From Fistulifera solaris (Eukaryota): 64,000 bases of DNA. The position numbers and the translations under genes are program-made. The stretch's first letter is position 1. The number at the start of each line of letters is the position of its first letter. The DNA is taken from contig AP026129.1 in the NCBI GenBank assembly GCA_030295235.1, forward strand, positions 248,001 through 312,000. Direction: 5' to 3'. Below the pieces are notes generated by a model that was given only the letters and a program-made list of their open reading frames with translations, was not told the origin of the DNA and did no database searches. This document shows positions 1-14,674 of this stretch, one piece after another.

Positions 1-616
1 CACTTGTTCCGGATCTCCTTCTCGAGGTCTTCAATCGAGGTCTCGTTGATCTTTCCGCTCAACTTCGTGATCACATCCGAATACTCGTCAGGAAGGTTGG
101 CCAAGTAGTGGGCCTTCAAAACTTAAACTTGGCTTCACATACTGCGATCCGATTGTCTTCAAACGGTTCTGCAACCGATCGCACTCCAGGAAGAACTTGT
201 CAGGGTCATCTTCCTTCGACGCCAACTTGCACCGTCCGAACTCCGCCAACACTTCCGCCAAATCTTCCTCGCTGTTCCGGGCGTACTTAGCATCCAAAAG
301 CTTGAATGCGTCTCTCGCATCGCCATCCGCTCTCTTGACAAGACCCAAAGGAACGCCTTCGCACGCAATCACCAACAAATCGATGATCTCGAGATTGCTT
401 CGATACAACTCCTTGTCCTTCGGCCGTCGCCGTCGCTCCCATCGCAACTTCCTTCGTGGGGATCTCGGCCTTCAGGTCATCGAACACACTCGTCCAACCT
501 CTCTTCGTGATCAACGACATCGTCTTGAACTTCCAGTCATCGTACGACTTCTCAGCGACCTTGTCGTCCAACGGGTAGAAGGTCAAAGCCCTCATCTTCT
601 CTCCCTCGTCGGTCAT
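1..616 (-). CDS. gag: Copia gag polyprotein N-terminus, with two apparent frameshifts (~420 and ~125); truncated
   Basis: ORFs 287-616 and 88-447 plus a third frame (LKAHYLANLPDEYSDVITKLSGKINETSIEDLEKEIRNK) join into one gag-like protein. Confidence 0.75.
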
Positions 617-665
617 CTTGTCTTGTCTCGTAAACTTTTTTTTCTCAACGCCACGCTTATAAGCG

Positions 666-1332
666 TGTTGAAATTTCTACCGCGGTCTGTAACTGCTCTC
701 GGCTATCGGGGACTCCACACACCCCAGACGAAAGACTATTGAAACAACGAACTTTTGCTCCAAACACTCGTTTACAGAATTATGACGATTTCCTCACGAT
801 TACTTTCGCTTTTCCTCTTTTTCACTGGTCTCCGATCTGATCTTGATCTGATCATGATCCGATCTTGCCAAGTCCATTTCTCCAATAACAACTTTAGGAT
901 AAAATAGCCCTTTCTGCCAATCCACCAGATTCTCCATTATTGCATGTTCCTTAGCAACTAGCAACAGTCATCGTCCATAATTGCATACTGGATTCTTCCG
1001 TGATCCCAAATCCCCAAACATATAGTTCAAACACTTCCGAGACTCCTTTCACGAGTAGAATGCTTTCCCAATAAACTAGGCGGTCATTTCGAACCATTCC
1101 GACATCCGATGACGTGTCAACTCATGACTGAATAAATCTTTCAGTCCGACACTCAACCTCGACCTCGCTCTTTGACAGAGCGCTGCGTCTGTGCTGAAAA
1201 CGGGCATTCAATATCCGGGTACCTTGCAAGGGTGAATGCGAATGAGCTGAGCAGACATGAAAGTGATGCGAAATAATCTACCTAATGGAGTATCATAGAT
1301 CCAGTAAGAGCGCACGGCCAACGTTTCCAACA
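666..1332 (-). repeat. 5' LTR (~667 bp)
   Basis: TG...CA ends with a terminal inverted repeat (plus strand TGTTGAAA at 666, TTTCCAACA at 1324-1332). The second LTR is outside the window, so the outer boundary is inferred. Confidence 0.7.
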
Positions 1333-1380
1333 GGGACCGCGATGATTGGGATTACTCACACACCAGACCCATGATTTAAA

Positions 1381-1987
1381 TTACCATTTACGAAAGTGCT
1401 TCTTGTTTACGTGATAGTTTTTGTCCATGAGCTCGGGAGGGATGCCAAATCGACTAAAAATCTTCACGGAAAATTGGCGGAAATAAGCATGTCGACCAAA
1501 GATAGTCCCTACAAGGACGAGAAGAGTAGCATAGACGGGAGAAATGATGATAAAAGTACAAATCCGGTATGACCATGGGCCCTCAAGAATACTTCCTTTG
1601 ATACCCAAGCCGTCACTCACCGCAGGACGAACGAGCTGATAAAGTAATAAGGTCGAGACGTCATGGGCGTGAGATTGGAGAATAAGGTGACTGCAAGTAT
1701 AGAAATTGTCTTTCTTGTATCATTCTTACCATCATGGTCGATGATCCTGTGATTCCAAACACTATGCATATTAACGCCATCTCACGATACCAAGCAAAGG
1801 TTCCACGCGGTGGCATATCTTTGGGCGCTGTATACCTTTGCCACATAGATAGCGGCTTGTTACTGCTGTTCGAGTCACTCGCCGGTGTTGTAAAGTGGCG
1901 TCTCCCTAAACTCTTATTCACCAAATTCCCGCGACGCAGACAGCTGAGCGTGCGAGGTAGAAGAGTTCTCTGAAACAATGTGTTCAT
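1381..1987 (-). CDS. Small membrane protein, DUF6787-like, with possible mitochondrial presequence; intron 1636-1729
   Basis: A GTAAG...CAG intron joins ICIVFGITGSSTMM to LVRPAVSDGLGIKGSILEGPWSYR...GTIFGRHAYF in frame; Arg-rich N-terminus. Confidence 0.7.
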
Positions 1988-2217
1988 AATTTGGTAACTG
2001 TCGTCGTTAAGGAGGAAACTCTGGATTGATACTGATTTTTCTTTGATATTGCGTTTGCCAGTGACGATAAACAAATTAATACTTTACAAATAACGTTTAT
2101 TTTTTTCTTGATGCAATACACAATCGACTGTCAAACACAAACATCGATCAACTTCATCATCGCACTCATCAATTGTCTTTTAATTATTTTAATATATTTA
2201 TGATTTCTGATGCAAGA

Positions 2218-2334
2218 AGGAACGACCATACTACGATGACAGCACCGCTTCCCGTCTGCTCAGCGAAGTTAAGCATCGTCAGGCCCGGTTAGTACTACGG
2301 TGGGGGACCACGTTGGAATCCCGGGTGTTGTCCT
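2218..2334 (+). rRNA. 5S rRNA gene (single dispersed copy)
   Basis: GGAACGACCATAC...CCCGTCTGCTCAGCGAAGTTAAGC...GGTTAGTACTACGGTGGGGGACCACG...GAATCCCGGGTGTTGTCCT has eukaryotic 5S box A/C and a terminal stem; T-runs follow. Confidence 0.95.
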
Positions 2335-2603
2335 TTGATACTTTTGCTACTTCAGTTCGTCTCAGTTTTTGTTTCGAAGAGACGAACGACAAACTTTTCT
2401 ATCTATCTAAACCATATCTAGTTAAGCTTACTGTTATTATTCAGTGGATTGATTATAGATGCCTTATAAAAGTTGTCTTAAGTTTCTACTGCGTGTCGCC
2501 CTTTGTTTCTAGAAATTGTTTGATGAATTTATCTACTGCGTGTCGCTTACATAGTATAATATAAAATAAATTGCATGCCACAACATACGTCATTTGCGTT
2601 TAG

Positions 2604-2929
2604 TCATTGCCAATTCCGCTCAATCGACGGAACTCGTTGAATGCCTAAAAGGCAAGGACATCAAAATTCTCCATTACGGGGTCAATTTTGTAATTATCCG
2701 GAATTAAACAATCTTCACAATCTTCTCCACACTCAGCACTAGTTTCTTCAAAAGAGAAAAACGACGATGGTTCTCCTTTCCATTCGGCAAAGTCGTCGTA
2801 TTGATTACTATTCGTCATCGCGCGGAGAAAGGTTGTCGTATCTTTTAGTCTATGATAATTCAGTCGTACAAATCCCCATCCAAACACGAGCCTGCTTTCG
2901 AGTAGTGACAGCAGCACTAGTATCTGCAT
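2604..2929 (-). CDS. Small hypothetical protein with signal peptide and CGEDCEDC motif; 1-bp frameshift near 2647
   Basis: MQILVLLSLL... signal-like start. Adding one T in the T-run extends ...FDVLAF to LGIQRVPSIERNWQ*. Confidence 0.5.
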
Positions 2930-3364
2930 TGGTCGTTTATTTTCAATTGTAATTGTCGTCATTGTATTCAAGGCATGCCTTGTGCATTGCTTTACTGTAT
3001 GGTGTGTTGCGAGTTTCGAGTTGCTTCGGTTTTTTTGTGCGTTTGCGTCGACGTGGTGAACTCGTTTTCTCGAAGGGTTCCGGAAGTGGAGGGAGTTGTC
3101 CGTTTTCCGCTGTTGCTCATGACACCGAAGAACCCAAAGAATGACACTCTGTCTGTAGTAAATAGTAGTCTTGACAGCGGGTTCTATAACCTGTACGACA
3201 CTATTTGGATATGACGTACGACGACGGTCCACTCGATGCAAATTTCGATATTTGTGATAAATCGGATTTTTTGCAGCCCAAAACTGCAACAAGACCATTA
3301 TTTCTTCTTTGCCCAAGAGGAAAAGGACGTTTACACATAGATCCATCGGCAAGAATTTCTAGTA

Positions 3365-5560
<2,196 letters not shown>

Positions 5561-5597
5561 ATGCATTTCTGATACAAATAGGATGTGTTCTAGATAG

Positions 5598-7183
5598 TTA
5601 TGAACTTCCTTGTTTCTCCACGTCCCGAGGTTCTTCGGCTCTCTCAGGAAGGTTGTTTTGCTTCACTACATGTCTTGCCGCATCGAACACTTCCTTCCGT
5701 TTTTCTTCACTATCACGTTCCACGAGCCACACGCCTCGTTGTAGTCTCCCATGAAAAAAGTGCAAAACACAGAAAACAAGCAAAATACGCAGACAACCAT
5801 AATCGACCATTTCCTGTCAAAATCATTTTCGTTCATCAAGGTAACAATGAGCGTTGGCGCCCAACCCAAAACCTGGTTAACAAACGTAAACAGCCCCATC
5901 ATTTCGGTCTCTTGACCTTTCGGGATCAGCGAGCACTGCAGTACACGTTGACTCGGATACGCCCATCCTAGACCAATTCCCCACAAAGATGCAAAACCAT
6001 AGACAGATGACTTTCGTTCGGGACCCGTAAACACAAAGACGCTCATGCCAAAGAAAAATCCAAGCCATGACAGACCAAGGCGGTAGGAATTCAAGGGATT
6101 CATAAAGCGGTTCGCCACCTTCGATATCAAGGATCCGGCCGCTGTGGAAGCCATAAGAATCAGACTCGCTTTGGCAATGTCCACGGCAGAGAACATCATT
6201 TCCACCGTGAGAAAAGTGATAGTAATAGAAAGCACAACGCCTGCACCCGCTTCCGGACTCCATAGCATGGAAAACATAAAGACGCGGAGCGCATGGTATT
6301 TTGAGGTGATCTTGGACGCCGTATGGCGAAGTTGCACAAAACCACACGTAATAAGATTCGATCCTTCTGGTACCTTTGATAAAGCCGGACGTTGTCGGAA
6401 GAGAAAAGTCCAGGAATAACCAATGAGGAGACATCCCAGCGCAAAAGCCCATATGGTTGCATCACGAGCTGTTTGAACAGTAGCATCCAAAGTCGCCTTT
6501 TCGTAATTTCCACGCGATTTTGTCATGATGATCACCATCGCGACGAATCCAAAATGCACAATGTACTGTTTAAAATTGAAACGAGAGGTGTAATGTGACA
6601 ATACCTCTTGATCTGTCGTGAGATCTGGCAAATATGCCAAAGCAGCACAGTAGTGTACGAGCAGAGCAAAGGTCTGGAGCGTATCAATGACCAAAATGAA
6701 GAACCAGTTGTTCTTCTCGGCGCTGATGCTAATTTGCACGCCAATGAAACCAACCGCAAAAATACCCGACACAATTCCAAAAATCCGCCGATGTGGAGTA
6801 TGATCGACGATTGCCCCCGCAATCGGCATGAGCAGAGCGGCAACTACACCAATGACAGATGACATCAGTGTTAAGAGAGATGAAGGCTTTAATCCCCACT
6901 TGATGGGGTTGTCCGGTCCTCCAGCTTCCACAATTGCGAGACGCAGAATGGCTGTACCTACGTAACTTCCCACAAGATTCAGAGGCCCTCTACCGGCTGC
7001 ATCCATCGCCCATCCTGTAGCTTCTGGAAGTATACTTTTCGTAATAGGATCTGCTACTTGAAAAGGTCTCTCAAACCATGATATCCATGAAGGTGCATTT
7101 GTATGTCCTGATCCATCTCCTTCCACGGCTTCGGAGATGGATATCGTGCGGTTTAGTGTGCTGGGATCTCCCGTCTCCCCCAT
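5598..7183 (-). CDS. MFS transporter, ATG22/UMF1 family; frameshift near 5730
   Basis: About 12 hydrophobic segments; PIAGAIVDHTPHRR, AYLPDL and LIPKGQETEMMGLF motifs. Start may be 7183 or 7303. Confidence 0.8.
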
Positions 7184-7915
7184 TTCGAAATGCAATCGAC
7201 TATTTTTCAAGGAATTTTCTGGGAAATTTGCAATGCGTAATGCAAGTGAGTCTGAAGGATACCTGGTAAGGAGTAACGACGTGACACTGATAAATTTTGG
7301 CATAGGCTGCAGTGGCGGTGTCTCCTCTTCTGCCTCTTCTCATCTCTCATCTCCTATTTGTCCCCAAGGTGCTTTTGTGCTTTTTCTTTCGGCTTTCACA
7401 AGAAGGGTAATATTCTAGTCAGCGTAGTACTAAGTGCACTGTTTGATACGTAGGAAAGACAACGCAGAAGAACACTGGCCATGTTCTGCAACACGTGACA
7501 GTACATCAAAACGGATACTTATCCGGCACGGTCCTTTGTGAACTTTATGGTTGCACGTAAGAATGAATGACAATGACCTACCAATAATGACTACAAACTA
7601 CAAAGTATAAGTAATGACTGCGTTTATTAACCTTACGACAATTGACCATTGACCATTGACCCTGTCACGAGTCAGGAGTCAGGAGTCACGATGATGATGA
7701 CTCAATCACGATCTTCAACGAAGGAGGGATTATTCCGTTCCTTATTGAGAATCCGTCTTGAAGTTGCTAGTTTGTGTACCCCGTAACAATAAAAATCCCG
7801 TCAGACGCAGACAAATTTTACAAGAGACGTCGTCGCGTGTCGCAAGAGATTTCATCTAGAGAGTGTTAATACAATATTATTTCCTCTGCTTCGTTTAATT
7901 CAACAAAGAACAGAA

Positions 7916-9534
7916 ATGCACACGGTTCATACTGATATTACGAAACGCATCTTGCGAAGAAAAATGGTGAGAAGGCGGAATCTCAACGCAGCATCGAGAA
8001 TAGAAGCGTCTATTGACAAACAATCCAATGTTCAGTGTTCCAGCAGAGCATTTGGTCTTCTCCTCAGTCTTCTTCTCATTCGCGTTCCGACTTGTTCGGG
8101 CTTTGGAATATTCACTCCGGTTGGTAGTTCGTGTTCTCGCAGAATTCACACGTCCATGGCGACCGCCGAAGAAATCACAACAAAGGATGAACAATTAAAA
8201 TTACTTCGAAATCTTACTACCTCGAGAGATTTTCCGGATACAATCATTGTGAATGATTCAACAGATGACGCAGCCTTAGAGGAAAAAGAACACTCCGAAA
8301 GCCGAGACGACGACGCCGGCGAAAGACAGCAAACCAGCTGCAGCGATGACTCTACTTCCGATGATGCACGTTCGGATGATGATATAATGGAGAGACGGCG
8401 AAGGGAATTGGTTAAGGCAAATTTCCTCGGTCGAACAAGTTCTACTTCGCGCTCCAAAAATCCATATAAGGATACTAGTGTCGGGGCAAGACGGATCGGG
8501 AGTGCTACAAAGGCACGTCAAAGTGCCACTGCTCCGAGCAGAGTTATGGATTCTCTTTGGAAAACAGCAGCAGCCAAATCGAATAATAAACGAGAAAAAT
8601 CATTAAGCGACAAAAAAACTACGGATGGCACTACTCTGAGCTCTTTCTCAAATTCCGTGCAACTCTTGACTCGATCCGCTATCATAAATACGGTAGAGGA
8701 AGCACTTTCGGATCGCAAACCGAAACGCATAAATGGGCTCCTGGTAGTCAAGCCAAACCTGACCGCTGCTGATTTTACGCATGCGTACGAGCGTCCTATG
8801 GGGTTAGTAGTGGAGAATAAGGAAAACGACCGGCGAGGTGCTACCTTCGATCGTCCGGGTGCCATTGTTGCGCACCCGACTCCAAACAGCAATCTACTGG
8901 TGCGAATTGCAAATCCAAGTGATGACTTTCAAATAGCTGCCCTACGGCTATCCGTCTTTTCTGACTTTACCCCAGAACAACAGGGGGAAATTTTGCGAGC
9001 GTTCTTGCCAGGCAATCTCTAGTAGACGACTCAGGGGAGCATGTTGTTTGATTGCCGCTCATGAAAATGACACAGAAACAGTTTTAGGAAGTGCCGAATG
9101 CAGTTACCATGAATTCTTTTGGGACGCGTCTTGGGCAACGAAGACAACAATTCTCCATACTGTACGTTACTGAAGTTGCGGTCGACATGGATGCTCGGGG
9201 ACAAGGAATTGGGAGGAAGCTAATGGATGCTGTCGATGTATATGCAAAGTCTCGTAATATTGAAACCATTTACCTTCATGTGGATGTCGAAAACAATGCA
9301 GCTCTGTCTCTTTATGCCAAATCGGGATATGAACGCGTGAATGGTGAAGAGGACTCGATGTACTTGGAATTTACAACATCTCTTCATTTACATCCTGGTG
9401 CAACCAAGGGCAGGGATCACTATTTAATGTACAAAAATCTCATACCAAACCCCGTGTGGCTCGAACCAAAAGAAATGCCAGTGGATCAGGGGGTCGAAGC
9501 GAAAGGGAAGTTGGGTTTTGAAGTCTCTCTGTAG
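7916..9534 (+). CDS. GNAT acetyltransferase with long low-complexity N-terminal region; frameshift near 8990
   Basis: C-terminal LYVTEVAVDMDARGQGIGRKLM...LHVDVENNAALSLYAKSGY is the GNAT motif A/B; ORFs 7916-9022 and 9091-9534 join. Confidence 0.75.
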
Positions 9535-10217
9535 GCCATATTATCATCGTCTTTCTAGCACAAATTAGCAATTTAATTTGTATTCATCATTTGACCTTAC
9601 TTATTTTTTTGTCATATTAGTATTATCACGCCACATCATATCTTAGATAGCATTTTTACCAGTTAGGTCGGTCCATCCACAACAAATGAATGCGGAGATA
9701 TAGATCATTTTGAAACTCTGTAATTAAACTCCCAGGACGTCCTACTACGTACTTAGAAGGGCATCCAGTCTTAATCAGTTCTAGCGGTTGAATTAGACAA
9801 GGGTTAATCGCTACAACGTGGATAGGGCTTTAAATATAATCTCAAATTGTTTTTGTTAAAATAAACTCGCTTAGAGGGTCGACCTAGCCAAAGGCATAGA
9901 ATGGAGCGATCGTCTATACGACGTCCGCGTCTTACACGTAGCGGCATACTTCGTACTTCGTTGACGAGCCTCCTCTTTGAACTACAAAGTACTCTAGTAG
10001 AGTAAGTAGCGAACTGATTTCCCGCTATTATAGGTCCTTGATTTCCCGCGCTCAGTTCTTTTTTCTTTGGAGAAATGGAGCGCGTTGCGTTCTGTCGGTC
10101 CATCCTGCAAAGCAAGACATCCGTCATTTCCTTCAACAAAACGAACAAAAAACGGCCTTTTACTCAAACGAAACGCCAATACATCATTTGAATTCACAAC
10201 AATAATTATTTAAAATC

Positions 10218-12581
10218 ATGGATGATGTAAGTAGAGACGAGTCAGCTTGGAAAGCAACGCCGTCGAAAAGCTTTTGGAGGGTTTCGTGCTAGTCCTCCTT
10301 GCACCTGTATCGACGCGTGAAAGTCACTTAAATTAATCTCTCTCACGATTTCATCCTAATTTTATTCCCTCTTTAATTCTTAATAGGCTGATCACGTATG
10401 CCCTCTTTGTTGCGAGGAGTTAGACTTATCCGATCGCGAGTTTTATCCTTGCAAATGCGGCTATCAAGTATGTATGTGGTGCTGGCACCGCATTCGGGAG
10501 TCTGAGTCGGGTCTTTGCCCTGCGTGCCGGACACCTTACGGAGAAGATCCGCATCAATTCTCAGCTGTCGATGTTGAAGATGTTTTGAAGGCAAATAAGG
10601 CGAGAGATGCGGCTTTGAAGCGACAAAAACAGCAAGAAGGAGGAATGTTATCGGCGAGTCAACACGAAGGGCTGCCGAATAGCGTTGCTAATGAGGATGT
10701 ATCGAATGTGACGATGGAAGTACCAAAAGATAGAAGTCAGCTAGCAAATATGCGTGTCATTCGGCGAAATTTGGTGTATGCTGTTGGGCTGCCAGCAAGT
10801 ATTGCAAGTGAGGACGTTTTGCGTAAACCCGAGTATTTTGGCCAGTACGGGAAGATTGCCAAGATTGTTATAAATCGTGCTATTTCAGGTGACGCTGGAC
10901 GACGCGCATCTGCAAGTGCGTATGTTACGTTTGTGCATAAAGAGGATACATTGGCTTGCATTCTAGCATTGGATGGGTTTTATCTTGACAATCGAAACAT
11001 CCGTGCATCATATGGTACTTCCAAATATTGCTCCGCCTTCATCAAGAGCGTACGCTGTAATAATCCAGAATGTACATATTTGCACGAGATGGGGGCAACA
11101 GAAGATACTTTCACAAAGCAGGAAATCCAGGCTGGCTATGTAACGAGCGGCCGTGATGTATTGGCTCGCCAGCAGCAGATTGTCTCTGAACAGTTGCGTC
11201 TCAACGCAACAGGTGCGGTTCCTCGTAAGCGTGTTGGCGGTGGCGGACCCTCTGGAACAGGGCGGGCATCCTCTTCTCCCGTTTTCCCTCCGCCTGAATT
11301 CGACGAACCGCCCAAGCCGAATCCCGTTCTTTTACCTCCTCCTGCAGGAGGAGTGGTACGTGCTGCCACAGCTGGCACTTTCAGCTTGAATCCTTCAAAT
11401 ATTTCAGCCAAACTCGGGAGATCTGCTTCTACTGGAAATCCTAGTCCCACGTTGGGAGCTACTGCAGTACCCGCGAGCGCCGCTGCAGTAGTAGTGCCGC
11501 GGGTCAACAAGTCTGCTGCAGCTGTTGTTGCAGGTGTCCACACAGTCAGAGTAGAAGATGCCCCACTCCACACTACCCTTACGCCGCTCACGCCTTTGAA
11601 GCGCGCACCGAAGGCAATGAAAAGCACTGCGAATGCACCTATACCTGATGATCCGAAGCTTCCGTCGATGCGTGTAGGCAAGACGAAGGGAAATGGTATC
11701 CGCAATGCTGTCTTTGGTGGCTCAGCTAATTCGTCGGTGACAAACGAAGAGGTCGAGCTGACAACTGGACCGTCCTCAATCGGCGGCGATGTAATTGCTG
11801 TCGGTAGTATACAGGCGGCACTCCTTCCAGGCACTGTACAGCTGAATAGTTCTACCGGCGTGGGTGGGGCTGAAGGAGGTTTGACGCGTGCTTTAGGCGG
11901 AGAAGTGTTTACTGGGCCGCTAGCCAACAAGCCTATTAGCCGTGCAACCACGGTGGATAAGTGGAATTCTAATCAAATTCCCGGGGCGCCGCTGTACCCT
12001 GCTGAATCCGATCTTTGGAGCGGAATGAACGACGGACCGGCGAATAGTAGTTCGGCATTGGCATCGATCTTGGGCGTCGATCTCCCTACTGGTTCAGGAT
12101 CACTTCGAGAGAATGCGAATATTTGGCCGTCGTCCAACCTTGATGGCCCCTCGTCTTTGTCGGCGCTCAACAGCAATAGTTTGGTTGGTGCAACTTCAAG
12201 CAATGTTATTGGAGGCATTCCAATGAACATGAATAGCACATCGCTGATTGGAGGGGTCCCTATTGGAGGTGGCTCGATGGGGGACAAGGTCACATCGGTG
12301 GTTTGTTGGGCTCATCTGCTCCCGGAAGCGGAAGCTATGGTGGCAAAAGCGACATTGCTCTACTTCAAAGTTTGTTGCCCGGCGTTCATATCACTAGTGG
12401 TAGCGAAGGGATGAATACCGGCGCTGGGATTAACGGTTGGAATCAAGGCGGATCTAGTGCACTTGGCGGCGATACCCTTCTTGGATGGAACAGTGGCGCC
12501 GCTACTAATCAGCGTTCCTCCGTTGGTGCTATAGGACAAGGCAATGGGTCCCAGACTAAGCGCCAAGGTCAGATTTGGTAG
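10218..12581 (+). CDS. NOT4: CCR4-NOT E3 ubiquitin ligase NOT4; 9-nt first coding exon, intron 10227-10386, frameshift near 12295
   Basis: C4C4 RING (CPLCCEELDLSD..FYPCKCGYQVCMWCW..CPACR), RRM (RVIRRNLVYAVGL..EYFGQYGKI) and GTSKYC..C.YLH zinc finger. Confidence 0.92.
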
Positions 12582-12883
12582 ATGATCGTTACCGTAGCAC
12601 ATTGATAGTTTTGGGGTCAGAGAGAGACGAGTGTGGGTGGTTCTTAGTTGATACTCGTGAAAATTGGGTAGTTTCGGAACATTAAGTGAATTGGTTGTAA
12701 ACAGCGTAAGGGTGATGGAATGATAATCCATGAAGAATGGAAATGGCAATGGAAGGGCTTAGTGGAAATGGATATGGCAATGGAAGGGCTTGGATGAAAT
12801 GGAGAGATACGTGGCTACAGCATGAGTTTACAATTAAATCACTAACTATTCTAAAAACCCAATATCTGAATCGGCGGGGCTAC

Positions 12884-14674
12884 TTACAAGTCCCCTGTTA
12901 CTAGTCGAGCTCGTTTACTTCTCGGGGTAATGAACCGAACATTGGCTCTCCCTTTTTTGCTGTTGGATTGTTCAAGAGGGTGTTTCTTTTTTACACGAGC
13001 GAACTCAATCACCAAATTGGCTTGGTCGAAGTACTTCTCGGCCTTCAGTCGGTCTGGTCCTTCAGCGGGTAACTGAAGCATTTTCAATGTTGCGGCTGCT
13101 AGCGCTTGGTGGCTGACATCTTGTCGATAATGAAATTTTAATAGCGCCAACTCCCACGCTGAAGTTGAAAACGGATAACTATTTTCGGGGTCTAGAGCAA
13201 GAGGATCGTATTCTCCCGTTGCAATGACAAAGTCTTCATCGTTTTCCAGTAGTGGCTGTATAGCTGAATATCGCTGGAGCAGATTTCTGGCAAATGCAAT
13301 GAGTGGGATCGACGAAGCCGGGGGTAATTGCAAAGCAACAGATGTGATTTGTTTGAAGAATGCGGCTACGCGAGTTGCAGAAAATTCTCGGCGCTTACAA
13401 AGCGCCGTGTCCAAACATTTTAAGGTCAAATCCAAAACATTTTGGGCCCCTCCCTCATTAGTTTCATGAAAGAAGCAAAGTCTTGGAAGTTGCGTGTACA
13501 AAGGGAGTATGTATTCTTTGAGATCAATCTTGAGTTCCTTCCCTGGTCCTTGTAAAGTCTGAAATGCCGTCAATATACAATTCAAAGACGCGTCGAGAGG
13601 CAAAGTATCTACTTCTCGTAAAAGATCTTTCAACACTGCCAGCAAGTCCATTACAGTCTCCATGTTAATAAGATGCGCGAATTTCGCCAGCCCTTCTAGA
13701 GCAGCGCACAAAATATCATCCCTGGTAGATCTTTGCGCCGAACTATTCGCACAACTTTTCAAGATTCGAAAGTAAGCCAAGATAACAATTTCTAATGTCT
13801 GAGCTTGGCTTCTGGCAAGGACTGCTTTGTCAACAGTCGCTTCGCTCTCTTTCAACTCAGCTTCAATCGAGGCTGTCTCTTTATCCTTTTTCTTGTGACG
13901 TTTGCGAGACTGCTGTAACAGTTTCGCAGCGGTTGCTTCATCCGCATGGACTTTCAAAGGCAGCGCTGCAAACGATCGCACAACACGGGGACGAACAATT
14001 GGTGCATTCTGAATGACCTTTGCCACCATTCGCGCGGCCTCTTCTGCTACCTGACCTTGCGCATCTTCTCGAAAGACAGTCTCGACGGCCTTGCAACAGG
14101 CTTCTGCTACTACCGAGGATAGTCCTGTATTCATATGTCTTACTACAGCAGTCAGCAAGTTCGAACGAAAATTGAACGTGTATGCCGTCGATAATAGCTC
14201 GCACAAGCTCAGCATGCAAGTGACTTGCAAAGAGGAAGGCGGACTCTGCGTAGACTGATTCCATTTCTTTTCCAGAACCTGCAGATATTGCTGGTAATGA
14301 CTAAGTAAATTTCTTTCATATTCCCAGGTTTGCTTGGTTTCCTTCGAAACGAGGACAGCACTCTCTTGCTCGGTCGGTAATCGGATGCGATAGGCTGGCA
14401 AAATGTCTTTGAAAAGAGCTAGCAATGAAACGACCGCAAGCTTTGCAACATATTCATCCTTGTGCTGCGTCAGCGACAATAACTGGCTCATTTTTGAGGG
14501 ACCTGCTGATGATCCAAAAGCTCCTTGTGGATTTTCGAGAATCGATTCGCTGAGTTCGGCAATTAGATCGCATATTTGAGCAACAGTTAGTTGATCGGGG
14601 TTTCGGTAAAGTGGTTCAGCCTTTGTGGCCTGCGAGTTGGAGTCCTTGTCTTTGTTTCGCGATCTTCTGCCCAT
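12884..14674 (-). CDS. NOC3: Nucleolar complex protein 3 (CBF domain)
   Basis: FKDILPAYRIR, FNFRSNLL, LEGLAKFAHLIN and WELALLKFHY motifs. Confidence 0.9.
   Translation of the reverse strand: MGRRSRNKDKDSNSQATKAEPLYRNPDQLTVAQICDLIAELSESILENPQGAFGSSAGPSKMSQLLSLTQHKDEYVAKLAVVSLLALFKDILPAYRIRLPTEQESAVLVSKETKQTWEYERNLLSHYQQYLQVLEKKWNQSTQSPPSSLQVTCMLSLCELLSTAYTFNFRSNLLTAVVRHMNTGLSSVVAEACCKAVETVFREDAQGQVAEEAARMVAKVIQNAPIVRPRVVRSFAALPLKVHADEATAAKLLQQSRKRHKKKDKETASIEAELKESEATVDKAVLARSQAQTLEIVILAYFRILKSCANSSAQRSTRDDILCAALEGLAKFAHLINMETVMDLLAVLKDLLREVDTLPLDASLNCILTAFQTLQGPGKELKIDLKEYILPLYTQLPRLCFFHETNEGGAQNVLDLTLKCLDTALCKRREFSATRVAAFFKQITSVALQLPPASSIPLIAFARNLLQRYSAIQPLLENDEDFVIATGEYDPLALDPENSYPFSTSAWELALLKFHYRQDVSHQALAAATLKMLQLPAEGPDRLKAEKYFDQANLVIEFARVKKKHPLEQSNSKKGRANVRFITPRSKRARLVTGDL

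Larger units (their letters stand above)
1..1332 (-). mobile_element. Ty1/Copia (CoDi-like) LTR retrotransposon, 5' part; runs off the window start
   Basis: Minus strand shows an LTR bounded by TGTTGGAAA...TTTCAACA (1332->666), a PBS-like segment, then an ATG at 616 opening a gag-like ORF with Copia UBN2-type motifs (YDDWKFK; DARDAFKLLDAKY; L.EFGRCKL...DPDKF; YLANLPDEYSDVI). Confidence 0.85.

Noticed and set aside
410..430. Programmed ribosomal frameshift in gag
   Set aside because: It lies inside the N-terminal gag region with no slippery site, and similar indels occur throughout the window.
11136..11951. Long antisense ORFs here and at 5877-6452, 26909-27511, 31220-31768 and 32719-33423
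   Set aside because: These are shadow or alternate frames of well-supported genes and carry no recognisable motifs.
12735..12805. 30-bp GGAAATGG.AATGGAAGGGCTT duplication, and short ATTGACC, GAGTCAG and CTAATTA iterations (7640-7690, 59134-59170)
   Set aside because: Ordinary slippage microrepeats with no further structure.
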